From: Candidatus Poseidoniales archaeon | GTDB taxonomy: Archaea > Thermoplasmatota > Poseidoniia > Poseidoniales > Poseidoniaceae | Reading direction: 5' to 3' | DNA length: 64,000 nucleotides | NCBI GenBank assembly: GCA_019651595.1 | Contig: BOYQ01000002.1 | Coordinates: forward strand, 181,912-245,911 | Shown here: positions 28,681 through 38,523 of the stretch, one piece after another | Numbering within the stretch: position 1 is the stretch's first letter | Layout of the letters: the number at the start of each line of letters is the position of its first letter | Made by a program: the position numbers and the translations under genes | Notes under the pieces: model-generated | Told to the model about the DNA's origin: nothing | Seen by the model: only the letters and a program-made list of their open reading frames with translations | The model's database searches: none

Positions 28681-29016
28681 ATGAGCATCACAGCCGAGGA
28701 AATCCTCGCTGAGATCGGGCCCGTTCAGGAAGTGCTGGACGCCCACGATGGCGTCGTCAATGTCATCGACACCTCCGACGGCAACATCATGCTCTCGCTC
28801 GACGGCGGCTGCAACGGATGTTCGTCAACCCCCATGACGGCGATGCAGATCTATTACTCGCTCAAGAAGTTGGACCACGTCAACGATGTCATCTTCGTCA
28901 ACGGTGAACTCCCTGAATACATGCGCACCTTCATCGACCAAAAAATGGCCAAGGAAGCCGAAGAAGGCCCGAAGGACGGGGATGAGCCCGGTGAGCCTCA
29001 AGGCGAAATCGTCTGA
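28681..29016 (+). CDS. NifU C-terminal-domain-like (Nfu-type) Fe-S assembly protein
   Basis: MSITAEEILAEIGPVQEVLDAHDGVVNVIDTSDGNIMLSLDGGCNGCSSTPMTAMQ.. carries the Nfu pattern with a CxxC motif, followed by an acidic tail. The start was taken at the ATG 28681 inside track ORF 28591..29016. Confidence 0.65.
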   Translation: MSITAEEILAEIGPVQEVLDAHDGVVNVIDTSDGNIMLSLDGGCNGCSSTPMTAMQIYYSLKKLDHVNDVIFVNGELPEYMRTFIDQKMAKEAEEGPKDGDEPGEPQGEIV

Positions 29017-30418
29017 TCATTCCTCTTCGTCGACCAGTTGCTTGTCGTACCAAGCTTCCAAATCCGCAACCTGTGATTCGTCCAAACCCAAGGTCTTCGC
29101 TTGCAGGTGCAGGAACTTCCGCTCCTCAGCCGTGATGATGCGGTCTTCCATGGCAATTTCGTAGGCTTCGAGGTAGCTTTTCTCCGAGGCGGTAAAGGCC
29201 TCGGGCATCAAGACGGAAGAAAAGTTCTGGATGGCGTTGAAGATCGGCTTGCGAAGAACCACCAGCGGCGCACCGACGATGAGACCCGCCGCCAAACCTC
29301 CGCCCGGAACGAAGCCCTCGATGACCTCGGAGGTCACCAGAAGCGCAATGCCACCCCCCGTCGCGAAAAGCGCCGCACTGAAGGTTCGCCGCAGTTGCTC
29401 ATCAATGCCCAGAATTTCGTTCTTGAGAATGGCATACGTGAACATAAATCCCTCCAGGACACCGGTGAGTAAAATGCTGTACAAAAATCCGTAGAACAGG
29501 AGGAGGTAGAGGAAGACGACGCCCTCGCCTTCCGTGTTGATGATCGAGGTCACATCGGCGAGGTTGAAATCTCCAAATCGTACCACCATGGCGACGATGC
29601 AGAAGACCATCGTTCCTTTGATGAAGGCCTTGCCTGCAAATCCAAGGAACAGAGACCGTGCTTCCATCGCCTCGTTTTGACGGTCAGGGTCGTCCTTGAA
29701 CCGCTTCCAGCCCGCCCGCATGAACAACATGGCAATCGTTGCTGAAAACACGGGCGTGACCAGCAGGAGTTTGCCGATGCTGGAACTTGCGGGGATGAAA
29801 AAGGAATTCGGGACGTAATCGGTGTCGTCTGCGCCACCGCATGTTCCCGTGATGGGTTCAGATTCTTTGTAGCTCAGGATGTAAGCGTCCTGTCCTTCGG
29901 AACCGGCAGGACACTCAACGTAGTGAACGCCACCCACCGTTCCAACCACACCGTTGACCGACACGAGCGCCGTGATGATGACGCCTGCGACGACCGGGAG
30001 GAACCACCACAGGTTGTTTTTGATGGCGGGGTTCGCCATGAATTCCAGTTTTTTTGGAGGGTAGAACGAGACGGTTGAAATGTACATCATGATGCACATG
30101 ATCGAACAGAAGTACCAACCAACTCGATAGTTCGAGATGTAACCGAGGAAGGCCTCCGATCCGTCGAACGGATAACTGTTGTACCAGTTGTGCCATCACT
30201 CGATACGCCTCAGCGAGGAGCAAAACGAACATGAATCGATTTTCCGGGTTCTTCGGTCGGGCCCGGATGATAAGCAACGCAAGGGCGATGAGAAAGACGA
30301 AGGTGATGATGGAGAGGAAGCCGTAGATGTAATTCATGCCGAGGACGTTCCCCGTCGACAGGTCAATGGAACGGATGGTTCGAATGTAATAGGGAACAAT
30401 CGGACCCACATCGCCCAT
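29017..30418 (-). CDS. Polytopic membrane protein with cytoplasmic TerB-like helical tail, one frameshift
   Basis: Track ORF 29915..30418 (MGDVGPIVPYYIRTIRSIDLSTGNVLGMNYIYGFLSIITFVFLIALALLIIRARPKNPENRFMFVLLLAEAYR..) changes frame at ~30195-30205. It continues in ORF 29017..30099 (..WHNWYNSYPFDGSEAFLGYISNYRVGWYFCSIMCIMMYIS..). Multiple TM helices. The region has lower GC than its surroundings. Confidence 0.6.
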
Positions 30419-30507
30419 GATTGTTGGTCCGACTGACCACGCATAGAATTTGCTCCGTCAGCACGGGTGCAAACCGAGCTTCTGCCGTGCTGGTCTCGGG
30501 GGGGGAT

Positions 30508-30858
30508 TCATTCCTCTTCCCGCATCCGTCCGATGCTGTGAGGGTTGGCGCCAAACGAGACGTTCTCGCCCTTGATGTTCATCCTGGCGGAGATGGCGAG
30601 GATGATGCAAAACAAAGCGAGAGGGCGAGGAAGGTAGTCGGAGCCCCACAGTTCACCGCCGAGGCTCGGCAACCACCACAGCACACCCGCCGCCGCAATG
30701 AGGAGAAAGAAGATGACGTTTTGGACCACCGCCTCGGCTTTGGGCGACCGGGAAAACGTCGCAATGAACGTAAACAAGACGGCGGAGCTGGCGCACAACA
30801 CTTCGGCCAGCAGTTCAACCGACGTTGCATCGACCATGGCCTGCCAACCCTCCCGCAT
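30508..30858 (-). CDS. Small membrane protein (3 TM)
   Basis: 116 aa with hydrophobic helices (..VLCASSAVLFTFIATF.., ..VIFFLLIAAAGVLWWLP.., ..LALFCIILAISA..). It is co-directional with the next membrane-protein gene. The overlapping + ORF 30421..30864 reads as R/G-rich nonsense. Confidence 0.5.
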   Translation of the reverse strand: MREGWQAMVDATSVELLAEVLCASSAVLFTFIATFSRSPKAEAVVQNVIFFLLIAAAGVLWWLPSLGGELWGSDYLPRPLALFCIILAISARMNIKGENVSFGANPHSIGRMREEE

Positions 30859-30915
30859 TCTTGAACATGGGGGCCCGAGCGAACCTTTGTGTAGGGTCCC
30901 TCGCCTCTGAAGGGC

Positions 30916-32856
30916 ATGGCAGGCGGCTCCTTTGCACTCCCGAAACCACGGCCCAACGGACCGCCGTTCTTCTCACGCAACCAAGTGGCGAACGTGCTCC
31001 ATCAGGTGGCGGTGCTGTTGGAACTTCAAGGCGCCAACGTGTTTCGTGTCCGGTCCTACCAAAACGCCAGCCGCATGCTCGGTAGCCTGACCGAAGACCT
31101 CGGTGAGTTGGTCGCCAGCGGTGAAATCTTCAACATGAAAGGGATTGGGAAAGGCTTGGGCAGCGCCCTCACGCAAGCGATGACCGAGGGTCGTTGGCCC
31201 GAGGACTGGGTAGACCTCCACACGAGCACGCCCCCCGGTCTCATCGAAATGCTGGGCATCCCGGGGTTGGGGCCCAAACGAATCAAACTGATGGCGGACG
31301 AACTCGGTGTGGATTCGGTGGCGAGCCTCAAAGAGGCCGCTCTGAACAACCAAATCGCTCCGATGAAGGGCTTTGGAGCCAAATCTCAACAGCGAATGCT
31401 GGACGGCATTGAACTCCTTTCGAGGTTCAGGGCTCGCCGACGATTGGACATCGGTCTGCGGTACGGTGAGGCGTTCCAGCGAAAAATCGCAACGCTGGAC
31501 GGCGTGCACCGAGCGACGCTTGCGGGCAGTGCTCGACGTCGAAAAGACACCATTGGTGACCTCGATGTGGTGGTGGCGGTGGACGAGGAAAACCATGAAT
31601 CGGTGGCCAACGCCATCCTCAACTTGCCCGGTATCGCTGACGTCAAAGGCGCAGGGGACTCGAAGATCAGCCTCATCCTCGACACCAGCATCTTCGACGA
31701 CTCGTTCACGGTTGGCCACATCGACGCCAACGTTCTGGACGCCATCGGCGGCGACGACTACGAACAGTTGGAAGCCGGGGGCACCATCGACGCTCAGGTC
31801 CGAATCGTCCCTCCGCACGTGGAACCGTTCACGCTGGCCTACTTCACGGGCAGCAAGGAGCACAACATTGCGATGCGCCAGCGCGCCATCGACCGCGGCC
31901 TTCGTCTCAACGAATTCGGGCTCATCCCCGAGGCGAAAGCAGGCGAACTCAAGGGCATGGAAGCGGCAGCGTTCTCCCTCGCTGCCACGGACGAGGCGGC
32001 CATCTACGCCCACCTCGACCTGGCCTATGTTCCGCCGGAACTGCGCGAAGACATGGGTGAGGTGCAAGCCGCTCACGACGGCACCCTGCCCCACCTCATC
32101 GAAACCGCCCACATCAGGGGTGCCCTCCACAACCACACGACGCTGTCCGACGGCGAAGCCAGCCTCGAAGTGATGGCCGACACGGCTCGGAAAATGGGTT
32201 GGAACTGGTTGGGCATCGCCGACCATTCGCCCACCCTCAAGATCGCCAACGGCGCCAGTGCCGAAGATTTGCTCGAGCAGGGTCGAACCATCAAGGCCTA
32301 CAACGCAGCGTGGGCCGACGAAGGCACCGACTTCCGATTGTTCCACGGCGTTGAATCGGACGTCCTCGAGGGCGGAAAACTCGACCATCCGGACGACGTT
32401 CTTGCGGAACTCGACTACGTCGTGGCCAGCGTTCACGCCATGACCAAGTGGCGGGGGCGAGACGAACTGGAGAACACCGAGGAGTTGATGCGGGTCATCG
32501 ACCATCCCGCCACCACCGTTCTGGGCCACCCGACCGGGCGAATCCTTCAGGGCCGGGAAGGCTACGAAGTGGACTTGTTTGCCGTGCTCGAACACATGGC
32601 AGAACACAACGAGGAAGGACGACTCAAGGCCATCGAACTCAACGCCAGCCCTTACCGGCTGGACCTGGATTGGCGACTGTGCAAACACGCCAAAGGCTTG
32701 GGCGTGCCCGTGGCCATCAACCCCGACGCCCACTCCGTTCGCGGGTTGAGCGACATCGCTTACGGCGTGATGACGGCCCGAAAGGGTTGGATTGAACCGG
32801 CGGACACCCTCAATTCGCTGTCAGGAGCGGAACTCGCTCAGCGCATGACGCTGTGA
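30916..32856 (+). CDS. polX: Family X DNA polymerase with C-terminal PHP phosphoesterase domain
   Basis: HhH motifs (..MKGIGKGLG.., ..IPGLGPKRIKLMADELG..) and nucleotidyltransferase core GSARRRKDTIGDLDVVV. PHP motifs are present (..LHNHTTLSDGEAS.., ..IADHSP.., ..HGVESD.., ..ASVHA.., ..LGHPTGR.., ..INPDAHS..). 646 aa. Confidence 0.9.
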   Translation: MAGGSFALPKPRPNGPPFFSRNQVANVLHQVAVLLELQGANVFRVRSYQNASRMLGSLTEDLGELVASGEIFNMKGIGKGLGSALTQAMTEGRWPEDWVDLHTSTPPGLIEMLGIPGLGPKRIKLMADELGVDSVASLKEAALNNQIAPMKGFGAKSQQRMLDGIELLSRFRARRRLDIGLRYGEAFQRKIATLDGVHRATLAGSARRRKDTIGDLDVVVAVDEENHESVANAILNLPGIADVKGAGDSKISLILDTSIFDDSFTVGHIDANVLDAIGGDDYEQLEAGGTIDAQVRIVPPHVEPFTLAYFTGSKEHNIAMRQRAIDRGLRLNEFGLIPEAKAGELKGMEAAAFSLAATDEAAIYAHLDLAYVPPELREDMGEVQAAHDGTLPHLIETAHIRGALHNHTTLSDGEASLEVMADTARKMGWNWLGIADHSPTLKIANGASAEDLLEQGRTIKAYNAAWADEGTDFRLFHGVESDVLEGGKLDHPDDVLAELDYVVASVHAMTKWRGRDELENTEELMRVIDHPATTVLGHPTGRILQGREGYEVDLFAVLEHMAEHNEEGRLKAIELNASPYRLDLDWRLCKHAKGLGVPVAINPDAHSVRGLSDIAYGVMTARKGWIEPADTLNSLSGAELAQRMTL

Positions 32857-32899
32857 GGGGAAAGCACACCTTCTTGACTCCCAAGCCCTCCCTCAACCC

Positions 32900-33109
32900 A
32901 TGCGCACCCTCCGAACCGTGATCATGGGCAGCATGATGATCTTCCCCGGTCTGTTGCTCGCCCTCATCGTCTGGTACGTCGCAGGCAAACCCGAAGCCGA
33001 ACCCTGGGAGACCCTCATCTGCAACGGCATTCCGTTCATCTCCATCGTCATGGGCCTGTTCTTCGGGTGGCAGACGGGCGAAGAATACAGCGCGACCTAC
33101 GAAGGGTGA
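32900..33109 (+). CDS. Small 2-TM membrane protein
   Basis: MRTLRTVIMGSMMIFPGLLLALIVWYVAGKPEAEPWETLICNGIPFISIVMGLFFGWQTGEE... It lies between polX and nth on the same strand, and its stop overlaps a candidate GTG start of nth (GTGA). Confidence 0.5.
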   Translation: MRTLRTVIMGSMMIFPGLLLALIVWYVAGKPEAEPWETLICNGIPFISIVMGLFFGWQTGEEYSATYEG

Positions 33110-33768
33110 GTGGTGCCGTGAAGCGCCAGGACAAAGCCGACATCATCGCCGGTCAACTGCAGGAACTCTACCCGGTCATCCCGATTCCACTCGACCACAC
33201 CAACGCCTTTGAGCTCCTGGTCGCCGTGTTGATGAGCGCTCAAACGACCGACCTGAAAGTCAACGAAGTGACCCCAGCCCTGTTTGCGAAAGCCAGTTCT
33301 GCTGCTGCCATGGCGAAACTGGAGGTTGAAACCATCCTGGCCGACATTCGACAAGTCGGCCTCGCACCCACCAAAGCGAAGAACATCAAGCGACTATCAG
33401 AGATGCTGGTTGACCGCCACGGTGGTGAAGTCCCCGCTTCGTTTGAGGCCCTTGAAGCGCTCCCGGGCGTGGGCCACAAAACGGCCTCGGTGGTCATGGC
33501 CCAGGCCTTCGACGTCCCGGCGTTTCCTGTTGACACCCACATCCACCGCTTGGCGGCTCGTTGGGGCTTGTCCAACGGCACGACGGTGGAGAAGACGGAA
33601 AAGGACCTCAAAGCGGTCTTTCCAAGGGAAAAATGGAACGACCTTCACCTGCAAATCATCTTTTTCGGCCGGGAATACTGCCCGGCTCGCTACCACGATT
33701 TGACCACCTGCCCCATCTGTTCGTGGGCAGCGACCAAGAAACGCATCCGTGAGGAAATGAAACGCTGA
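33067..33768 (+). CDS. nth: Endonuclease III (HhH-GPD DNA glycosylase/AP lyase)
   Basis: ..FELLVAVLMSAQTTD.., HhH ..LPGVGHKTASVVMAQAF.., ..VDTHIHRLAARWGL.. and a C-terminal Cys cluster ..REYCPARYHDLTTCPICSW... The real start is probably GTG at 33106 or 33118, because the first 13 codons of the track ORF overlap the preceding gene. Confidence 0.9.
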   Translation: MADGRRIQRDLRRVSGAVKRQDKADIIAGQLQELYPVIPIPLDHTNAFELLVAVLMSAQTTDLKVNEVTPALFAKASSAAAMAKLEVETILADIRQVGLAPTKAKNIKRLSEMLVDRHGGEVPASFEALEALPGVGHKTASVVMAQAFDVPAFPVDTHIHRLAARWGLSNGTTVEKTEKDLKAVFPREKWNDLHLQIIFFGREYCPARYHDLTTCPICSWAATKKRIREEMKR

Positions 33769-33771
33769 GGC

Positions 33772-34200
33772 TCAGAACAGCGAGAAGCTGCGGCCGACGA
33801 TGCTGGTCACCATGACGACACCGGCGAGCATCATCGTGATGCGAACGGCCACGTGCTGGTCATCGTCCTCTTGCGATTCCCTGAAAAATGCGTAGCCGAG
33901 AAGAGCGATGGCGCTGGTCTGAAGGATCGTGGACAGAGCACCGAAGAGGGCCACTTGACCTTCGTAACTGTCGACGTCATCGAGGTATTGTTGGCTTTCC
34001 TTGTCGTCCAACAGGTCGTAGTCGGACACGTTGGGCACGGAGGATTCCAACGGAAATTGAGCAAAGATGGCCGAGATGACGAGCACGACGATTCCGATCA
34101 TCAACCACTTCTGGAAGGTGTACATGCTCCCCTTGGTCATGACAGCGGCGGGGGGCTGGTACGGTGAGGCGGCTGCAGGTGGGGGCAACGGGGCTTGCAT
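33772..34200 (-). CDS. Small 3-TM membrane protein at the end of the archaellum block
   Basis: Only the part of track ORF 33772..34635 downstream of the flaJ stop is plausible: ATG at 34200 (MQAPLPPPAAASPYQPPAAVMTKGSMYTFQKWLMIGIVVLVISAIFAQF..VALFGALSTILQTSAIALLGYAFF..VAVRITMMLAGVVMVTSIVG..). The upstream 145 codons overlap flaJ out of frame. Confidence 0.5.
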   Translation of the reverse strand: MQAPLPPPAAASPYQPPAAVMTKGSMYTFQKWLMIGIVVLVISAIFAQFPLESSVPNVSDYDLLDDKESQQYLDDVDSYEGQVALFGALSTILQTSAIALLGYAFFRESQEDDDQHVAVRITMMLAGVVMVTSIVGRSFSLF

Positions 34201-34241
34201 GAGGTGAACTGGGCCATCGGGGGTATGAATGTTCCCGCACG

Positions 34242-36044
34242 TCAGACACTGAAGATGCTGCTCGCCTGGTCGAGGACGATGGCGGTGAACAACGAAGCCA
34301 ACCCTGCGACCCACGTCAGTTGGATCATTTGACCCACGGCGCTGGTCCTCGTCCCGCCGCGCAAACGGGTGGCGATGGACGAAACGGTCACCACCTGCAT
34401 GAGGATGAGCAAGGAAATGATGATCTTGAACATCCGGATGTTGTCGGCAACCGAAGAGGCGTCCTCCATGACGGGTAAAGCGATACCACCGGAGAATTCG
34501 GAGAGGGCGCCAACGTCGGTGTCGGTCAATCCGGAGGCCACACCAGCGATGGCTTCCCCGAGTTGGAGAACAATGGAGGTGGTGACGTTGAGCGAGGCCA
34601 CGCTGGAAATCAGCAGCCCGAGAGCGACACCCCACATCGTGTTGGCCGAAAGCGCGCGGCGGTTACGGAGTGAAAGCAGGTTCCCCACGCTACGGGACAC
34701 CATTTCCGCTGTTTCTGCGGGTTGGCCGGAGGATTGCGACCCCTCGATGTAGATACGGGTGTAGCGCGAAATAACGGCGGAATTCGTATCGGCGGTGAAG
34801 TAATCCCAAGCCCGGTCAGAGTCAATTCGAGTGGAGAGGCGCTTTTCCAGTCGGTCAATGGAATTGTCAAGCATACCGAAGTCAATGCCTCGCAGCGCCT
34901 TGATGGTGGCCGAAGGTTCAGCCGACCGGGCTTGAGCCGTCCCACCAAGGGCTCGAATGAAGTCGGGGTACGTGTCGTCCCTGCGCTGAATCTGGTTTTC
35001 CTCCCGGCGAACCATGAAGGCCGGAATCAGCAACGGTGAGAACGGAAGGGCGATGAACAACAACCCGTACTTGTCCCATTCCGTGGTGATGATGTCCCAC
35101 GTCCAGATCAGCGTCAAAGTTGACAGGGTTACCAATCCGGCAGCGACGATGCCCGAGAGCAGGAGCGAGCGACGAAAGTTGACGCGAAACGGTGTTTCCA
35201 TCTCGTCCCGGGCAAAGGTTGCATCCTTTGGAATCGTGGCCCGAAACGCAAACACCGCCGTGATTTGAATGAAGATGAACACCAGCGAAGCGAGGAGGAG
35301 GTACCTCAAGCGGCTCGCCACTTCAATGGGCGTGTCGTCGGCACCGCCAACCTCGAACAGCACCAGATGGATGCCGGCAATGACCAAGCCGAACAGGCCA
35401 GCGGTGTTCATCGAGACGTAGATTTCCTTCAGCGTGTCCACCGACTCCAATCGGGTGTCGTAGAGGGTGTTGTACTGCTCAGCAATGGTCTCTTGCTCCG
35501 ACCGCATGAATTCGTCGATGGGTTGGCCTGCTTCGATTGAGAACGCCATTCGGTCGAGGAAATCCGACCACAGCGGGCTCGGGCTTTGATGGGCCACGAT
35601 TCGTGCGGCCTCGGGAAGCGACGTGTTCCACTTGTCGACCAGGGTTTCAATTCGCTTCACCTCAGAGGCCAATTCACCGTAATCCCGCATTTGTTTGAGA
35701 ATGTCAAAAATGGATTGAGCCCCCACCTCACCGATGGAAAGAATGCCCATGCGCGTGATGAACATGTGCATCTCTTCCTCGATGAGCGTGGCTGAACGTT
35801 GAACATCGAGGATGGGAAACAACACCGCCGCAAGGCCCGCCATGGCGGCCAGCATGACCACAAACAGAACGCCGGTAAAGCCCGCAAACAGGGCCCCTTC
35901 CGCTAAACCGCCGGTCAGGAAAACGATGAGAATGGCCAGAAGAAACGTGACCCCAACAACGGGTGCGACGTAGAAGGAGAGAAAGCGGGGGACGGGCATT
36001 TCAAGACGACGAAGGGCAATTTGCCAAATCGGCATGCGCTCCAT
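34242..36044 (-). CDS. flaJ: Archaellum polytopic membrane platform protein FlaJ/ArlJ
   Basis: 600-aa membrane protein with two T2SF/TadC-like halves, immediately downstream of flaI (12-nt gap). Position and architecture are typical of FlaJ. Confidence 0.85.
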   Translation of the reverse strand: MERMPIWQIALRRLEMPVPRFLSFYVAPVVGVTFLLAILIVFLTGGLAEGALFAGFTGVLFVVMLAAMAGLAAVLFPILDVQRSATLIEEEMHMFITRMGILSIGEVGAQSIFDILKQMRDYGELASEVKRIETLVDKWNTSLPEAARIVAHQSPSPLWSDFLDRMAFSIEAGQPIDEFMRSEQETIAEQYNTLYDTRLESVDTLKEIYVSMNTAGLFGLVIAGIHLVLFEVGGADDTPIEVASRLRYLLLASLVFIFIQITAVFAFRATIPKDATFARDEMETPFRVNFRRSLLLSGIVAAGLVTLSTLTLIWTWDIITTEWDKYGLLFIALPFSPLLIPAFMVRREENQIQRRDDTYPDFIRALGGTAQARSAEPSATIKALRGIDFGMLDNSIDRLEKRLSTRIDSDRAWDYFTADTNSAVISRYTRIYIEGSQSSGQPAETAEMVSRSVGNLLSLRNRRALSANTMWGVALGLLISSVASLNVTTSIVLQLGEAIAGVASGLTDTDVGALSEFSGGIALPVMEDASSVADNIRMFKIIISLLILMQVVTVSSIATRLRGGTRTSAVGQMIQLTWVAGLASLFTAIVLDQASSIFSV

Positions 36045-36056
36045 GTCTCATCATCC

Positions 36057-37772
36057 TCAATTGTGGTTGATTCCGACCCAGGTGTCGATGGCTCGGCTAA
36101 AGTGGTCCCAACCGTTGGTGTAGTAGAGGCCGAGGAGGTCAAACACGTCGTCGTAGTGCGTGAGGTCCCGGTCAGCCATGCGCTGAATGGCATCGGCGCG
36201 TCGAATCATTTCGTCGTAGATGTCTCGCTTGTTGGCAAAACCCGCCATGGCGGCAATCTTGTTTTCCAGCAGGTGGGATTGGAACATTCCACGGAAGTAA
36301 TGCTTGTCTTTGACCGGGTCCCACTCAAACATGCCACGGGTCAACACACCGTCGCTGTGCTTGTTGTAGCCGATGACCTCGTCAATCCCGGTGATACGCC
36401 GTGCGATACCGCCGCCGGGGGCTTCCACCACCTCTTGGAAAATGGCAAAATTCAGGTTGTCAAAGAAACGAATCGGGACGTTGATCGGATCGCCGGTAAA
36501 ACGCTGAATCATTTTCACGATGGACGAGGCGTGGAACGTTGCGATGACGGGGTGGCCTGTTTGCATGGCTTGGAACGCCGTGGCACCCTCCACACCACGA
36601 ATTTCACCGATGATGATGTAGCGAGGCCGGCTACGAAGGGCTGCCTTGAGCAGGTCGAACATCTCAACCCGAGAATCTTCGTTCTTCGCATCACGGGTGA
36701 CCAAACGCTGCCAAATCTTGTGGCGAACCTTGACTTCCGGCGTGTCTTCTGCAGAGTAGATCTTGACGTTGTGGTCGATGAACGGCAAGATGGCGTTGAG
36801 CGTCGTGGTTTTCCCCGATGCGGTTTCTCCCGAAACCAGGACGGACATGCCGTATTCCAGACAGATCCAGATGTAAGCGGCTTGCTGGGCGGACATGGTC
36901 CCCCACTTGATGAGCTGAATCACCGAGATGGTCTCCTCGGCGAACTTACGAATGGTGAACGACGGGCCCAGCATCGAGACGTCGTCGGAGAAAATGATGT
37001 TGATACGAGAGCCATCAAGCAACACCCCGTCAATGATGGGTTTGTTGTCCGAGACCGGTCGACCGATGCGCTCGGACATGGCTCGGAGGTAGCGAGAGAG
37101 CAACTCCCGTTCGCGGAAACGAATGTTGGAGGTAACCATGCCAAACACCTTGTGGTCCATGTGAATGTGCTTCAGGCCGACCGAGTGAATGTCTTCCAGC
37201 ATCTCGTCGGACAGCAGCGGTTCAAGCGGTCCGTTTCGAATCAAGTCCCGAATCACCACGTAGGTGAGCCGTTCCCGTTGGGCTTGAGTCACCGTGAGTC
37301 GTTTGTCCTCCATACCAACGAGTTCCCACATACGCCCTTGGCGACGCACGAGGTTTCGTGCTTCGCTGTCAAGGATGGTGTAGCGCTCAATCATCTGCTG
37401 AAGGATGTTCTCAAACTCGTTGTCCGTCGTGAATGAGGGGGCTGTTGGGGCCTCTTGGAGTAAGGTTTCAACGAGTTCACGCCGGATGTTCTCCTCTTCC
37501 TCCGTCAGTTGCGGCTCAAGACCGAACCACAGAATGGTTCCGCCACCGTCATCGTCGGCAGGTGGCTCGTAAATGTGGACAAAGATGGGCTCTCGTGTGA
37601 CGTAGATGAGGTTGAGCGGTCGTTGCTTTTTGGCGTCTCGGTCCAGCGGGCCGTAGTAGATGGGGCGAGAACCATAACGCATCTCGAAATCCCGAACCCA
37701 CTCCGCAACGTGCGGGTAGGCTGCCATGACGCCGTTGAGGTCGCCCTTCGCAAATCGGGGTTCGTCTGCCAT
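36057..37772 (-). CDS. flaI: Archaellum assembly/motor ATPase FlaI/ArlI
   Basis: Walker A SGETASGKTTTLNA, Walker B-like region RPRYIIIGEIRG and ..ATFHASS... 571 aa. It is a secretion-ATPase (VirB11/PilB-type) fold with the FlaI-type N-terminal domain. Confidence 0.95.
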   Translation of the reverse strand: MADEPRFAKGDLNGVMAAYPHVAEWVRDFEMRYGSRPIYYGPLDRDAKKQRPLNLIYVTREPIFVHIYEPPADDDGGGTILWFGLEPQLTEEEENIRRELVETLLQEAPTAPSFTTDNEFENILQQMIERYTILDSEARNLVRRQGRMWELVGMEDKRLTVTQAQRERLTYVVIRDLIRNGPLEPLLSDEMLEDIHSVGLKHIHMDHKVFGMVTSNIRFRERELLSRYLRAMSERIGRPVSDNKPIIDGVLLDGSRINIIFSDDVSMLGPSFTIRKFAEETISVIQLIKWGTMSAQQAAYIWICLEYGMSVLVSGETASGKTTTLNAILPFIDHNVKIYSAEDTPEVKVRHKIWQRLVTRDAKNEDSRVEMFDLLKAALRSRPRYIIIGEIRGVEGATAFQAMQTGHPVIATFHASSIVKMIQRFTGDPINVPIRFFDNLNFAIFQEVVEAPGGGIARRITGIDEVIGYNKHSDGVLTRGMFEWDPVKDKHYFRGMFQSHLLENKIAAMAGFANKRDIYDEMIRRADAIQRMADRDLTHYDDVFDLLGLYYTNGWDHFSRAIDTWVGINHN

Positions 37773-37785
37773 GATATCCCCTCCC

Positions 37786-38523
37786 TCAGCTCACCGCCGT
37801 GATGTCAACGATGAAGCCCATGCCGGGCTCCACGCGCCAACCGATGGACGTTTGAATCGGTCCTGCGGCCCGTAGGAACCGGGTGATGATGATGTTCCGC
37901 TTGATTTCACCGCCAATCATGGCGTTGTCAAGGTCGAGCACGACCTCAGCCGAAGCCCGCAGGGTGTGAAGCAGGGTGTGATCCATCTCCTCGGGATCGG
38001 CGCACAGCATGAAGGAGCGGCCGTCCGAAGCGATTTTCCTCAGTTGCTGAATCAGGGTGTGGTGGTCGGCTTTGGTCCCGCCCTCCGGCATCAACGAACT
38101 GGCTGAATCGAGGACGATGACGTCAGCGGCCGGAATGGCCGGGCTGCTGAGCACTTCCTGGAGGGTGACGTCCTGCCGGGCATCCGCCACGGTACCGTAT
38201 CGACTCAGCACCATGACGCGACCCTCGCTGATGGCGTTGGTCATGCCGTAGCCGATGCTTTCCATCTGCTCGATCCAGCCACGCGTGGTCAATTCGGTGG
38301 TGATGACGAGCACCTTGACACCGTTGTCCACCATGCCGTGGATGAGACGCTGGGCAATGAGCGACTTTCCTGCACCAACCTTGCCTTGAAGCAAGTAGAG
38401 CGACCGATTTGGCAACCGCAGCCCCATGGAATCCGCCAGTGAGTCGGTTTCGACCTCGAAGGGGAAACCGTCCTCAACGGGTTTGTGAGCCGTCATGAAG
38501 GGGTTCTCATCAGGCGAAAGCAT
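37786..38523 (-). CDS. flaH: Archaellum RecA/KaiC-like ATP-binding protein FlaH/ArlH
   Basis: Walker A GKVGAGKS, ..VIVLDSAS.. Walker B-like, 245 aa. It sits between flaG and flaI. Confidence 0.9.
   Translation of the reverse strand: MLSPDENPFMTAHKPVEDGFPFEVETDSLADSMGLRLPNRSLYLLQGKVGAGKSLIAQRLIHGMVDNGVKVLVITTELTTRGWIEQMESIGYGMTNAISEGRVMVLSRYGTVADARQDVTLQEVLSSPAIPAADVIVLDSASSLMPEGGTKADHHTLIQQLRKIASDGRSFMLCADPEEMDHTLLHTLRASAEVVLDLDNAMIGGEIKRNIIITRFLRAAGPIQTSIGWRVEPGMGFIVDITAVS

Noticed and set aside
30973-32733. 586-aa minus-strand ORF; likewise 36021..37436 (+), 43667..44761 (+), 55695..57080 (+), 59146..60072 (+) and 61905..63980 (-)
   Set aside because: All lie antisense to genes with diagnostic motifs or clear protein character (polX, flaI, CARDB protein, surface protein, ileS).
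34201-34635. N-terminal 145 codons of track ORF 33772..34635, and similar 5' extensions (19494..19565, 20195..20260, 47582..47785, 55424..55678, 60510..60704)
   Set aside because: These extensions overlap the 3' or 5' end of a neighbouring, well-supported gene out of frame and read as R/P/G-rich nonsense. Internal starts with a signal peptide, RBS or conserved N-terminus fit better.
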